The notes below the pieces were generated by a model. The model worked only from the letters and a program-made list of their open reading frames with translations, did no database searches and had not been told where the DNA came from. The translations under genes were made by a program, and so were the position numbers. DNA of 64,000 nucleotides from Acidobacteriota bacterium. GTDB taxonomy: Bacteria > Acidobacteriota > Terriglobia > Terriglobales > Acidobacteriaceae. The stretch is taken from the NCBI GenBank assembly GCA_003225555.1, contig QIAM01000015.1, forward strand, positions 34,924 to 98,923, in the 5' to 3' direction. Shown here in pieces: positions 10,031 to 24,291 of this stretch (position 1 is the first letter of the stretch; every line of letters begins with the position of its first letter).

Positions 10031-10117
10031 GTTGTTGAAACTACAAGCCAAGATAGCGTGCTGAAATTTGCAGTTCGGGCGCTATACTGGCCCAACGCAG
10101 TGAGTGGGTTTCCTTTC

Positions 10118-10333
10118 ATGGCCAAGGTCTTTACGATTCCAGTCCCTCCCAAGTTGGGAAATAAGCGCCGAGAACGAACGTCCGATCCTCGCTACGTCGA
10201 TGGCCAGCGTCTGCTGGTGGAGGCCATGAAGTATCTGGCCCAATCCGATCCCGTGGTAAATCGTTCCGCCATCGAATTGCTCTCGGAACACGTGCGCACG
10301 CGATTCAGAATGAGCGACTCGCCGCTGGGATAG
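10118..10333 (+). CDS. small hypothetical protein (weak)
   Basis: Internal ATG of ORF 10058..10333. No SD and no recognisable family. Confidence 0.2.
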   Translation: MAKVFTIPVPPKLGNKRRERTSDPRYVDGQRLLVEAMKYLAQSDPVVNRSAIELLSEHVRTRFRMSDSPLG

Positions 10334-10394
10334 TTCCTCGCCACAAAAGAAAGGGGCGGAAGGTCCACCCCAGCTTGTATTACTTGCGTCCTTC

Positions 10395-13300
10395 TTAGAA
10401 CTCGTAGCGCAATGAGAACTGCATTACGCGCGGAACACTCAGAGTCGTCGTGTACTTGCCAAACTCTCCGAATGTCAGACCAAAATTATAGGCAGCCTGA
10501 GCCGCATCAAAACGGGGCGTATTGGTAAGGTTGAACGTTTGCCAGGCAAACTGCAGTGTCTGCCCTTCAGTGAGCTTCCACGTCTTAAAGAGGTTGTCGT
10601 CCAGTTCGAAGTAGCCGGGTCCACGCAGGTTGTTACGTTGTCCGGACTCTCCCGGATAGGGGAAACGAAACGCGTTGATAGCCTGTCCTGTGGAACTCAC
10701 GTCCTGCCACATTGTGGGATCGCCGTTGGCTTGCCGATGCACCCCGACTTTCCCAGGGTTCCCAGTCTGCACCGCGGCCCCCTGCAACTCCCAATTGGTG
10801 GACCAACCCGCTCCCGAGCCCATGCTGAATGGCAAGCCACTCGTCCAGTGGATGATGCCGGAGAAGCCCCATCCTCCCAACACCGCGTCCAGCAATCGAT
10901 TCGCGCCGCTGCCAAAACGCCGGCCCCGGCCGAAGGGAATTTCGTAGACCCAGTTGGAGTTGATCTGATGTCTCATATCAAAGTCCGAGACCCCGCGCAG
11001 TTGACCAGGAGACCACGAATTGATGACCTGGCTGGCGAATCCGAAGCCCTCAAACAGGCTGATCCGTTCCGCATCTGAACCAATATCAATGGATTTGGAT
11101 AACGTGTAGTTGAAGTCAAATTGCAAGCCATGAGTCATGGCGTGACGCAGGCTGAGCTGCATGCTGTGATAAGCGCTGTTGCCAATGCTGCGCCAGGCGT
11201 AGAGCGAGGAGAACTGGTCGTCCCAGAAATGGAATGGCCCATAGCTTCCATTCAGGACAGAGCAAGCCGGCGCGCAGTCGTCACCATTCCAGCTTTGAGG
11301 AACATCCGCGAAGAACAGTGCGGTGGTCTCGTTGAATGCATCACAGGAAAACTGGTCATACATCGACTGCGTGGCGGTGAAACTGTCAGATGAAATACCA
11401 CCGGCGTTCGGCGCGCAGCCCAGCCCTCCGCCCAGCCCGAAGCCCGGCTTGCCTGCAGCGCCCGGCCATAGGTTTTCCCAGAAGGGAATGTTCGCCAGTT
11501 GGCTGATATCTGTTCCGGCGGCAGCGGCCTTCGTGAGCATGGTCGCAGCAGTAAAGTAGTCCATCTTCGAGGCAGGATCGACCACATCCAAAGGCATGGC
11601 CAAGTCTTCTTCCTGCAGCAGGTGATGGGCGAGCCGCCCGACATAGGAGGCCTCGAAGACAAAATTTCTGTTGAGCTCGCGGCTGATGGACAAATCGAAT
11701 ACGTGCGAGTACGGAGTCTTAAGTTTGTCGTCCAGACCCCAGTAGATGGCAAAGGATCCCGCCGAAGTTCCCGTCGGTGGTGTGACCAGACCCGGCAGTG
11801 CAGGCGGTGGCGGACCAACCACCTGCTGACTGCAGAAGCTTGTGTTCGCCGGTGGCAGCGTATAGAGACTGACAAGACGCGGGGTGCAATCTATGCTCTG
11901 CGTGCCAGCAGGGTTCACAAGCGAAGTAGTCATGCCGAAGGAGCCCTGACGGTCGAAGCTATTTACAATTCCCTGCCCAAAGTGGTCGAAGTAGAGACCG
12001 TAACCGCCGCGGATGGAGCTCTTGCCGGCGCTTCCAAACAGCGCATGCAGAATCCCGCCGCTCGCGTGCGGCGAGTACGCAAAAGCAAGTCTGGGAGCGA
12101 AGTTCTTGTAGTCCCAGTTCCAGTAGGGCTTTTTCCCGTTCGCCTGCCCGGCGAGAGTCATTTGCACGAGCCCGTCCGGCGTCCCTGAGTTAAGGGTTTG
12201 GCCTTGCAGCATTGCCTGGCCACGTTGCTTGAACCAGTTATTCAGGCTGAAAGTGGGAGACACCTGATTCCCATGAATTTCGTACGGAGGCTGCAGCAGC
12301 GAATATCTCAGCCCTCCCGTGAGCACAAGGTTCGGCGTGGCGCGCCAACTGTCCTGAACGTATAACTCGCCTTCGTGGCTCCTGAAGTTCCGTGTAATCA
12401 GCTCGCCGGGATTGAAAAAGTGCCCTGTCTTGTCCTGGTTGTAGACCTTGTTCGTTTCTGTCAGCAGGCCTGTAAGGGCAGCAGTTGCGAAGTCATAATT
12501 GGTAGACCAGTTCGAATCCACCGCTGGGTATCCGAACCCAGCCGGGTCCAGGCTAGAGCCTTGATTTGCTATTCCCGCGTTGTCCAGCCAGTACACGTTA
12601 GTAAGCGCGAACGAATAATTCTGAGCGTTACCGGTGCGGTTGTTGGTGACGATGCGCAGGTTACCGCCAAATTGCAGAGTGTGTTTGCCCTTGGTCCAGC
12701 TCACATCGTCCACAATGTTGTGAACGGGGACATTGGTCAAGATTGACGGAGTGAAACCCGCACCTTGGGGATAGGCCATTCCACGGAAATAATTGAAATC
12801 GGCGACGCCCAAGCCGGTGTCTCCCAGGCCCTGGCGGATCCATCCGTAACGGAGGTTGTTGATCAAGTTGCTGCGGAAAAGGGCTGTGTAGCCGGCAAAG
12901 ATTCCCTTGCTGTTGTTAGTCAGGAAATCGTTGGGGGGCAGACCGGGAAATTGTGGCGGCGACTTGCTATGCCAGTTCTGCAGGTGTCCCTTCAAAAACA
13001 AACTGTGGTTACCGTTCTGCGTCAGCTTGTAATCGAGCTTCAAAATATAGGTATCGTGTTTCGTCGGGTTAGGTGCAGCAAAGGTAAAGCCACGGTAGTC
13101 CAAACCATCGCCCACCGCATCGGTATTAGGGCGGGGATAACCCATGAAGATGGCGCTGGGGTTCGAACCGTTGACATTAGCGACATACGGATCTGCGCCG
13201 CCGTCGAAGGGAAATCCTGCTGCGGTCCAGTTGCAGGTCGCAGGAACTGCAGATGCACAGTTTTGATCCGTGTTGGCCAAACCAGCGGGCGTAATGGTCA

Positions 13301-14399
13301 CGATGCCAGAGGCAACGGTGAAGTTTGCGTTGGATGTGTCCGCACAAGGTGCTTCGCATGGATACTGCAGTATGCCCAGGCGCAGGTTGTCACTGGGGAC
13401 AACGTGGGTGGTCTGTATGGACTCATTGGTACGCTGCCCCTCATAGCCGCCGAAAAAGAAGAAGCGGTCTTTCATAATGGGGCCGCCGACCCAGGCTCCA
13501 AACGTATTACGCACCAGCGGCCCTGGCTTGTTGGGCAAAGCTGCTCTCACTTGGGCCTGCTCGTTGAACCAATCATTTGCCTGGCCAATATTGGAACGAT
13601 TGTATTCGTATAGGGTGCCATGAAAGTTATTGGTGCCGCTTTTGGTCACCATATTGACCTGTGCGCCCGAGGAGCGGCCGGCATCTGCGTTCGAATTGGA
13701 GGTCGTAACGCGGAACTCCTGAATCGAGTCCAGCGGAACCCTCAGAGCGCCCTGAAAGGCGTAGCCCTGCAACTGGTCGTTGTTGTCCAAACCATCCACG
13801 GTCACGTTGGTTTGGTCGCTGCGGGCGCCTGCCACCGCTCCGCCACGGCTGTCTTCCGTCTGATTGGGCTTCGTATTATCCTGGTTCGTGTTACCTCCAA
13901 GATACGTGACGCCGGGCTGAAGGCTCAGGATCGCTACCGGGTCGCGGCCCTCCGAAGGGAGGTTAGCGAGTTGGATGGCGTTGAACGTATTTCCCTGGCT
14001 CGCGTCGGTGGTATTCACCAGCGGCGCCTCTCCGCTGACCTCGACCACTTCCGTTGTGCCCCTCACCTGCATCGTGACGTCCAGCGTTGCAGGCTGGCTC
14101 ACTTGCAGCGTGACCTTATCCTGCTTCACGGTGGCAAAGCCCGGGACAGTGACGGTCAGCGTGTAGGTCGCTGGTGGCACCTCGAGAAACTGATACACGC
14201 CGTCGTTGGCCGACGTGGTGGTTCGTGAGTAACCCGTCGCGGCGTTGTTGAGCGTGACCACAGCCGCTTGCACGACCGCACCTTTGGGGTCGGTCACCGT
14301 GCCGCGCAGCGAAGTGGTGGCGGTTTGAGCGGAAATCAGGATACTCAAGGCGAAGAATAACCCGGCCAACAGAGTAGATGCACGTGAGCCAGAACGCAT
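10395..14399 (-). CDS. TonB-dependent outer-membrane receptor with N-terminal carboxypeptidase-regulatory-like domain (1334 aa)
   Basis: Signal peptide. SLRGTVTDPKGAVVQAAVVTLNN...YQFLEVPPATYTL (CarboxypepD_reg), plug-like segment, long barrel ending ...FSLRYEF. Confidence 0.85.
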   Translation of the reverse strand: MRSGSRASTLLAGLFFALSILISAQTATTSLRGTVTDPKGAVVQAAVVTLNNAATGYSRTTTSANDGVYQFLEVPPATYTLTVTVPGFATVKQDKVTLQVSQPATLDVTMQVRGTTEVVEVSGEAPLVNTTDASQGNTFNAIQLANLPSEGRDPVAILSLQPGVTYLGGNTNQDNTKPNQTEDSRGGAVAGARSDQTNVTVDGLDNNDQLQGYAFQGALRVPLDSIQEFRVTTSNSNADAGRSSGAQVNMVTKSGTNNFHGTLYEYNRSNIGQANDWFNEQAQVRAALPNKPGPLVRNTFGAWVGGPIMKDRFFFFGGYEGQRTNESIQTTHVVPSDNLRLGILQYPCEAPCADTSNANFTVASGIVTITPAGLANTDQNCASAVPATCNWTAAGFPFDGGADPYVANVNGSNPSAIFMGYPRPNTDAVGDGLDYRGFTFAAPNPTKHDTYILKLDYKLTQNGNHSLFLKGHLQNWHSKSPPQFPGLPPNDFLTNNSKGIFAGYTALFRSNLINNLRYGWIRQGLGDTGLGVADFNYFRGMAYPQGAGFTPSILTNVPVHNIVDDVSWTKGKHTLQFGGNLRIVTNNRTGNAQNYSFALTNVYWLDNAGIANQGSSLDPAGFGYPAVDSNWSTNYDFATAALTGLLTETNKVYNQDKTGHFFNPGELITRNFRSHEGELYVQDSWRATPNLVLTGGLRYSLLQPPYEIHGNQVSPTFSLNNWFKQRGQAMLQGQTLNSGTPDGLVQMTLAGQANGKKPYWNWDYKNFAPRLAFAYSPHASGGILHALFGSAGKSSIRGGYGLYFDHFGQGIVNSFDRQGSFGMTTSLVNPAGTQSIDCTPRLVSLYTLPPANTSFCSQQVVGPPPPALPGLVTPPTGTSAGSFAIYWGLDDKLKTPYSHVFDLSISRELNRNFVFEASYVGRLAHHLLQEEDLAMPLDVVDPASKMDYFTAATMLTKAAAAGTDISQLANIPFWENLWPGAAGKPGFGLGGGLGCAPNAGGISSDSFTATQSMYDQFSCDAFNETTALFFADVPQSWNGDDCAPACSVLNGSYGPFHFWDDQFSSLYAWRSIGNSAYHSMQLSLRHAMTHGLQFDFNYTLSKSIDIGSDAERISLFEGFGFASQVINSWSPGQLRGVSDFDMRHQINSNWVYEIPFGRGRRFGSGANRLLDAVLGGWGFSGIIHWTSGLPFSMGSGAGWSTNWELQGAAVQTGNPGKVGVHRQANGDPTMWQDVSSTGQAINAFRFPYPGESGQRNNLRGPGYFELDDNLFKTWKLTEGQTLQFAWQTFNLTNTPRFDAAQAAYNFGLTFGEFGKYTTTLSVPRVMQFSLRYEF

Positions 14400-14603
14400 G
14401 GGGAAGCTCCTTTACCACGGGGGCATTACATTTCAGATTGTGTTCGCCCAGGAATGAGAGACTGACAGTGAGACCCCTGGGGCCCTAACGGGGCGCTATT
14501 GTGCAACTTTCTTGCCACGCTGTTCAAGAAGAATTTTCAGGTTTTGCAGGCTAGATGAAACGTTTGAATGGGGCTTATTACATGCGATTCCGTTATTGGA
14601 AGG

Positions 14604-16025
14604 TTATGCAGGGCGGTGAAAACACTTTGCAGCGAGAAGAATGACCACGGGATAGCACTCCAGGGTATAGCGCGGCTCAGGGTTCTCCAGTGTCCCTAGA
14701 AATCCCGAACGCAGCAGCAGAAACAAAACGAATAGGCCGCTGGCAAAAATTGCGCGGCCGCGAACCAGGCCCGTTGCGGCCATTGCCACGTAAATCAGAT
14801 TGATCGCTCCGAAGACGAGGCTGACTGTAAGCCAGCGAGGGTCGTCGTTGAACTCCCACCAGCGCGGGTCCGACGGGAGCAGTTCTGTCCGCGGACGCAG
14901 CCACATGTCGGCGATGCGCAACGCAGGAAGCCAGATGTAGTACCGAAGGGGTGCGGCGTGGATGCGGTCAGCGGCGAGGGCCGCGAAACGCGCATCCAGT
15001 TCTGGAGTGATTTCATGGTCCTGGTTGTAGTCGGCGAAGAAGGCTTCGGTTTCCTTGCGCTGTGGTTCGGAATCGAATGCGCGACTAGGTAGTCGTGTGA
15101 AATCCAGCTCGGAGCCGGGCACTGGCCAATAAACTTCCTGGACTGACGTGTAGTCGGCGATCCACGTCTTGACCCAGCGGTTGAAGCCTTTCATCACCAG
15201 TTCGTCGGAATCGTTGGCATAGCGCGGGGCGGCCGGCTCAAAGCGGTGCAGCGTGTGCAGATTGCGCAGCGTCCAAGGCACCAGGGGAGCGATCGCGCCC
15301 ACGGTCAAGAGCACTCCCGCAGTGATGACGCGTCCCGGCGAAAGTCTTGCGCGTGATTCATCTCCTTTCGATCGCAGGGCTCGAACCAGGAGCAGCAGCA
15401 AATATCCCCCGACCGCCGCAAGGAAAATCCCGCCATCTGGCCGCAGCAAAATCGCAGCGCTGGTCGCGAGACCACAGCCGAACCACACGAACTTGTGGAG
15501 CGGGCGTCCTTCGAAAGGAGATGCTTCCTCACCCACCCCCAGTCCGAGCAGCACCAGATCCAATGCCAGAGCAGTGAAGAATATTTCCAGAGTTTCAGCG
15601 AGAGCCGCGGCTGCATAGTTCGCGAGAAAGGGGCAGAGGGCCGCGAGAAGAAAACCCGCTTTCGCCGCACGATCAGAGAAGAGGCGGCGAGCCATGTCGG
15701 CGATGAGAAAGCACGTTCCGAGATCAAACAGCACCTGCACCAGCAGCACGGCGCGAAAATTATCCATGCCAAAGATGGCGAAGATCGCCGCGAGGAATGC
15801 AGGATACCCGGGCAATCGCGAAAGCGTGGGAACAACCTGGCCGGAGTCGGTTACGCCATAGATCCCGAAGCGCAGCCAATTCTCCGCAATGTTGGCATAA
15901 AGCCGTGAATCATCCACCACGCCCGGAAAGCGCAACACAAACAGCAGGCGCAGCGCCAAGGCGGCGAGTCCAGCCGCGGCAAAGAAGCGCGCACTCTTTC
16001 GCACCAGTCGTACAGGTCTGGGCAC
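14604..16025 (-). CDS. GT-C fold glycosyltransferase (ArnT/PMT, family 39-like)
   Basis: More than 10 TM helices. First-loop acidic motif VVDDSRLY. Polytopic architecture typical of lipid-linked-sugar transferases. Confidence 0.7.
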   Translation of the reverse strand: MPRPVRLVRKSARFFAAAGLAALALRLLFVLRFPGVVDDSRLYANIAENWLRFGIYGVTDSGQVVPTLSRLPGYPAFLAAIFAIFGMDNFRAVLLVQVLFDLGTCFLIADMARRLFSDRAAKAGFLLAALCPFLANYAAAALAETLEIFFTALALDLVLLGLGVGEEASPFEGRPLHKFVWFGCGLATSAAILLRPDGGIFLAAVGGYLLLLLVRALRSKGDESRARLSPGRVITAGVLLTVGAIAPLVPWTLRNLHTLHRFEPAAPRYANDSDELVMKGFNRWVKTWIADYTSVQEVYWPVPGSELDFTRLPSRAFDSEPQRKETEAFFADYNQDHEITPELDARFAALAADRIHAAPLRYYIWLPALRIADMWLRPRTELLPSDPRWWEFNDDPRWLTVSLVFGAINLIYVAMAATGLVRGRAIFASGLFVLFLLLRSGFLGTLENPEPRYTLECYPVVILLAAKCFHRPA

Positions 16026-16161
16026 GCAGCGAATATAGCGCGTTTGCGGCTATCCTGAAGGCAGGAAAATGCATCTAACCACTCAGAGCAGCTACCTGAC
16101 CCTGACCTCCTGGAATTGACCGTGTGCCGCCCGCGGCATACGATAAATCGTTCATTCCCCC

Positions 16162-19100
16162 ATGGCTGATCCGGTTTTTTATGATCCACGACGCGCCCGC
16201 TGGAAACGCCTGCGGCGGCTGATCGATGTTCTAGCCGTATCGTTTTCACTGCTGGTCGTCTTCTTTGTCTATACCGCCCTCCGCGATGAACCCTTGCCCG
16301 AGATGTTTTTCTCCCCGCAGAGGCGGACATTCAAGCCAGTAAAGGAAACCGAGAATGAGAAGGCTCGGGAACGCCAAAAGAAACAGGCCAGCCGGCGACG
16401 CAGGTCAAAACTCGCTCCCTCGCAAGTAACGCTGAATCAGCAAGAAGGCATTCGCGCCGCTTTCTATGTGCCCTGGGACGCTGCCAGCTTCTCCTCTCTG
16501 CGCGATTTCGCTCATCAGATCGATCTTCTCTATCCCGATTGGCTGCACGTGCTCACTCCCGACGGCCACCTGCAGGCCGTGGACGACCAGACCAACAAGT
16601 TCTTTGACGTGATTCAGGGCAACACCGTTCGCTCCGTCGATGAGCGGGTCATGCCATACCTGAACGTGGAAGACACCAGCCTGGAAGTCTTTCCCATGGT
16701 CAACAACTTCGACGGGTCGGATTGGGTGAACGTCAGCGGGTTTCTCAACGACCCTGAAGCGCGGAGTCTGTTTCGACAACAAGTGTCGGCGTTTCTTTCC
16801 TCGGGCCGGTATCGAGGATTGATGGTCGACTTCGAGGCTTTCCCCAAGCGCGGCCAGCCTGGCTATGTCGCTCTACTGAACGAACTGTCCTTGGATCTAC
16901 ATGGCCGCGGGATGAAGCTCTATGTGGCTGTGCCCTCGCATAATGAGGATTTCGATTATCCCGCCGTAGCCGCAGCAGCGGATGGCGTCGTACTCATGAA
17001 CTACGACGAGCACTATCCTGGCGGCAAGCCGGGACCGGTCGCTTCCCAAGACTGGTTCGCGCAAAACCTGACCTTTGCCAAGAAAGTGATCCCGCAGGAC
17101 AAGATCATCTGCGCGATTGCGAATTATGGTTACGACTGGGTACTGAAACCGAAGAAGGGCAGCCTAGCGCCGGGCGTAAAAGACAGCTCGGTCAGCGTGC
17201 AGGAGGCATGGCTGGAAGCGCGTGATTCGGACGAAGACATTACTTTCGATGACGACGCCCTGAATCCGCATTTCAGCTATCTCGACGAAAGCAACCTTCG
17301 TCACGACGTATGGTTTCTTGACGGAGTGACGGCGCTGAATCATATGCGCATCGCGCAAGCCGTGGGCATCAAGACTTTCGCGCTCTGGCGCCTTGGTGGG
17401 GAAGATCGCACCTTGTGGAGAGTTTGGGACATCCCCGGCGATCCTGGAGCGGCCGACAAACTCCGCGATGTGCCTCCCGGGCAGGACGTCGACATGGAAG
17501 GCCAGGGAGAGATTCTACGCATCGAAGAGCGGCCTTCCCACGGCACGCGTGATCTGACGATTGATCCGAACACGAAGGTGATCACCGACGAAGTATTCCA
17601 GTCCCTGCCGGAGCCTTACCGTCTGGGCCGCTATGGCTACAGTACCGACAAAGTCGCGATCACGTTTGACGACGGTCCCGATCCCGAGTGGACGCCGAAG
17701 ATCCTCGATGTGCTGAAGCGCGAGCATGCGCCGGCAACGTTCTTCATGATCGGCATTCAGGCGGACAAATTCGCGGGCGTTGCGAAGCGAATTTACGACG
17801 AAGGCCACGAGGTCGGCAACCACACCTTCACGCATCCCGACATCAGCAATATCTCGTCTGGTTACATGAAGTTCGAGCTGAACATTACGGAACGGCTGTT
17901 TGCTAGTCGCCTGGGCATTCGCACCGTTCTTTTCCGTCCGCCATACTCGATTGACGAAGAACCGGACACCGCCGACCAAGTGCGGCCGCTCGAGTTTACG
18001 CAGGACATGGGTTATACCACGGTGGGCGATAAGATCGATCCCGGCGACTGGCGCGCCAATCCGCGGCGTTCGGCCGAGCAGATCGCCGCAGATGTCCTGG
18101 ACCATCTTCCACCCTGCGCCGCCAACGACATTCACTGCGGCGAAATCATTCTGCTGCACGACGGTGGCGGCAATCGTGCTGAGACCGTGCGCGCACTGCC
18201 CATGATCATTCACGGCATACGCTCTCGCGGCAAGTCCATCGTTCCGGTTCACCAGTTGCTGGGCAAGACGAAGGCGGACGTCATGCCTCCGTTGGCCAGG
18301 AACGAACGCTGGGCTGCGCGGTTGAACTGGATCAGCTTCTGGCTATTCGATGCCGGCAGCAAGAGCATCGTCTGGATCTTTTTCCTCGGCGACCTGCTGA
18401 TGACGGGGCGGTTATTGTTTATCGGAGCCGCGGCCATATACGACCGCTTGCGAGAAAAGATTTTCGGCAAGCTCGCTGAAGTCGAGTCTTATAAACCGAA
18501 TGTCGCGGTACTGATTCCGGCCTACAACGAAGAAAAGGTCATCGAGCGCACGGTGCAGGCAGCCCTCAACTCCGACTACCCGAACCTACGCGTGATCGTA
18601 ATCGACGACGGCTCCAAGGACCGCACGCTCCAGGTCGCTCGCAACGCGTTCTCTGCCGAAGAAGCTCACGGCAAGGTGATCATTCTCACCAAACCCAACT
18701 CCGGCAAGGCCGACGCGCTCAACTACGGCATCGAGCACATTGGCGACTCGGAGATCTTCGTGGGGATCGATGCCGATACCGTAATCGCTCCCGACGCGAT
18801 CTCACGCCTGGTGCCGCACTTCGTCAATCCCAAGGTGGGAGCAATCGCGGGCAACGCAAAGGTCGGAAACCGCGTGAACCTGTGGACACGCTGGCAGGCC
18901 CTCGAATACATCACCAGCCAGAACTTCGAGAGGCGTGCTCTGGATGTCCTGGGCGCGGTCAGCGTCGTACCCGGTGCCATCGGCGCATGGCGCGTCTCCG
19001 CCGTGCGCGAGGCCGGCGGATACCACACCGATACCGTCGCCGAGGATGCGGACCTGACCATGGCCCTGCTGCGCCTGGGCTATCGCGTCGAATATGAAGA

Positions 19101-19662
19101 CATGGCGATGGCTTACACGGAAGCTCCGACCAACGCAAACGGGCTGATGCGCCAGCGTTTTCGGTGGTCGTTTGGGATTCTGCAGGCTGTCTACAAACAT
19201 CGAGGGGCGTTTGCACGAAAAGGCGTCCTTGGCTTCGTTGCGCTGCCCAACATCGTGATCTTCCAGATTCTGCTGCCGCTGGTGTCGCCGCTCATCGACA
19301 TCATGTTTGCCGGCAGCGGGTTGTGGTATCTCAGCCGGAAGTACTTTCACCCCTACTCAACCGATTCCACCGACTTCCACAAGCTGGTAGCGTTTTTCTT
19401 TGCATTCCTGGTCATTGATTTCTTAGCCTCGTCCATTGCCTTTGCTCTTGAGCGACGCCGACCTGACGCCAAGGAAGACATCTGGCTACTCAGCCAGGTC
19501 TGGCTGCAACGCTTCGCCTACCGCCAGTTGTTTTCGATTGTTCTGTTCAAGACGCTGAAGCGCGCGCTGGAAGGGCGCAAGTTTGCCTGGGATAAGCTGG
19601 AGCGCACCGCGGCAGTGAAATACGTGCCAGTGGAAAATCAGGGTTCCGTGAACGTTCGGTAG
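16162..19662 (+). CDS. fused GH18-like / CE4 polysaccharide deacetylase / family-2 processive glycosyltransferase membrane protein
   Basis: aa 96-415 are GH18-like (LMVDFEAF, NYDEHY, NYGYDW). aa 496-700 are NodB/CE4 (TFDDGP, HEVGNHTFTH, RPPY, LLHDGG). aa 779-1010 are GT2 (DDGSKD, GIDADT, AEDADL, QRFRW). TM helices lie at the N-terminus, mid-protein and C-terminus. Confidence 0.85.
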   Translation: MADPVFYDPRRARWKRLRRLIDVLAVSFSLLVVFFVYTALRDEPLPEMFFSPQRRTFKPVKETENEKARERQKKQASRRRRSKLAPSQVTLNQQEGIRAAFYVPWDAASFSSLRDFAHQIDLLYPDWLHVLTPDGHLQAVDDQTNKFFDVIQGNTVRSVDERVMPYLNVEDTSLEVFPMVNNFDGSDWVNVSGFLNDPEARSLFRQQVSAFLSSGRYRGLMVDFEAFPKRGQPGYVALLNELSLDLHGRGMKLYVAVPSHNEDFDYPAVAAAADGVVLMNYDEHYPGGKPGPVASQDWFAQNLTFAKKVIPQDKIICAIANYGYDWVLKPKKGSLAPGVKDSSVSVQEAWLEARDSDEDITFDDDALNPHFSYLDESNLRHDVWFLDGVTALNHMRIAQAVGIKTFALWRLGGEDRTLWRVWDIPGDPGAADKLRDVPPGQDVDMEGQGEILRIEERPSHGTRDLTIDPNTKVITDEVFQSLPEPYRLGRYGYSTDKVAITFDDGPDPEWTPKILDVLKREHAPATFFMIGIQADKFAGVAKRIYDEGHEVGNHTFTHPDISNISSGYMKFELNITERLFASRLGIRTVLFRPPYSIDEEPDTADQVRPLEFTQDMGYTTVGDKIDPGDWRANPRRSAEQIAADVLDHLPPCAANDIHCGEIILLHDGGGNRAETVRALPMIIHGIRSRGKSIVPVHQLLGKTKADVMPPLARNERWAARLNWISFWLFDAGSKSIVWIFFLGDLLMTGRLLFIGAAAIYDRLREKIFGKLAEVESYKPNVAVLIPAYNEEKVIERTVQAALNSDYPNLRVIVIDDGSKDRTLQVARNAFSAEEAHGKVIILTKPNSGKADALNYGIEHIGDSEIFVGIDADTVIAPDAISRLVPHFVNPKVGAIAGNAKVGNRVNLWTRWQALEYITSQNFERRALDVLGAVSVVPGAIGAWRVSAVREAGGYHTDTVAEDADLTMALLRLGYRVEYEDMAMAYTEAPTNANGLMRQRFRWSFGILQAVYKHRGAFARKGVLGFVALPNIVIFQILLPLVSPLIDIMFAGSGLWYLSRKYFHPYSTDSTDFHKLVAFFFAFLVIDFLASSIAFALERRRPDAKEDIWLLSQVWLQRFAYRQLFSIVLFKTLKRALEGRKFAWDKLERTAAVKYVPVENQGSVNVR

Positions 19663-19680
19663 ATGCCCACTCCGCAGCCG

Positions 19681-19746
19681 TGTCATCCGGAGCGGAGTAT
19701 GTTTTCGCGAAGCGAGAGCAAATACGCAGTCGAAGGATCCCTTGCA
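19681..19746. repeat. gtcatcc(t/g)gagcg...cgaaggatccct element (forward, single copy)
   Basis: tgtcatccggagcggagtatgttttcgcgaagcgagagcaaatacgcagtcgaaggatcccttgca. Lies between convergent 3' ends. Confidence 0.7.
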
Positions 19747-19791
19747 TCGTCGCGTACGACAGTCCCCGAGAGGTTTTGCAACACAACTGCC

Positions 19792-21455
<1,664 letters not shown>

Positions 21456-21458
21456 GAA

Positions 21459-21550
21459 ATCAGCTGTCAGCCAGTCAGCCATCAGCGCAATCGGCCTTAT
21501 CCCCCTTCCGGGTTAAAGCTGAGGGCTGACGGCTGAAAGCTGCCAGCTGG
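21459..21550. repeat. long imperfect inverted repeat (hairpin element), gctgac-motif class, atpD/atpC junction
   Basis: Arm tcagctgtcagccagtcagccatcagc against the reverse complement of gctgagggctgacggctgaaagctgcc. About 24 of 27 positions pair. Confidence 0.75.
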
Positions 21551-21552
21551 TT

Positions 21553-23126
<1,574 letters not shown>

Positions 23127-23131
23127 TCTTT

Positions 23132-24214
<1,083 letters not shown>

Positions 24215-24256
24215 GAATCAGTCGCCAGTTAGTACCCAGTTGCCAGTCATCAACTC

Positions 24257-24288
24257 TGTCATCCTGAGCGAAGCGAAGGACCTATGTA
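24257..24288. repeat. gtcatcctgagcgaagcgaaggacct element (short form)
   Basis: ctgtcatcctgagcgaagcgaaggacctatgt, preceded by a ccagt-motif stretch (24226-24250). Lies in the NTF2-like/atpG junction. Confidence 0.7.
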
Positions 24289-24291
24289 GTG

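Noticed and set aside
10058-10333. 91-aa ORF as a confident gene.
   Set aside because: It has no SD, no recognisable family, and sits in the 3' flank between convergent genes. It is kept only as a low-confidence feature from the internal ATG.
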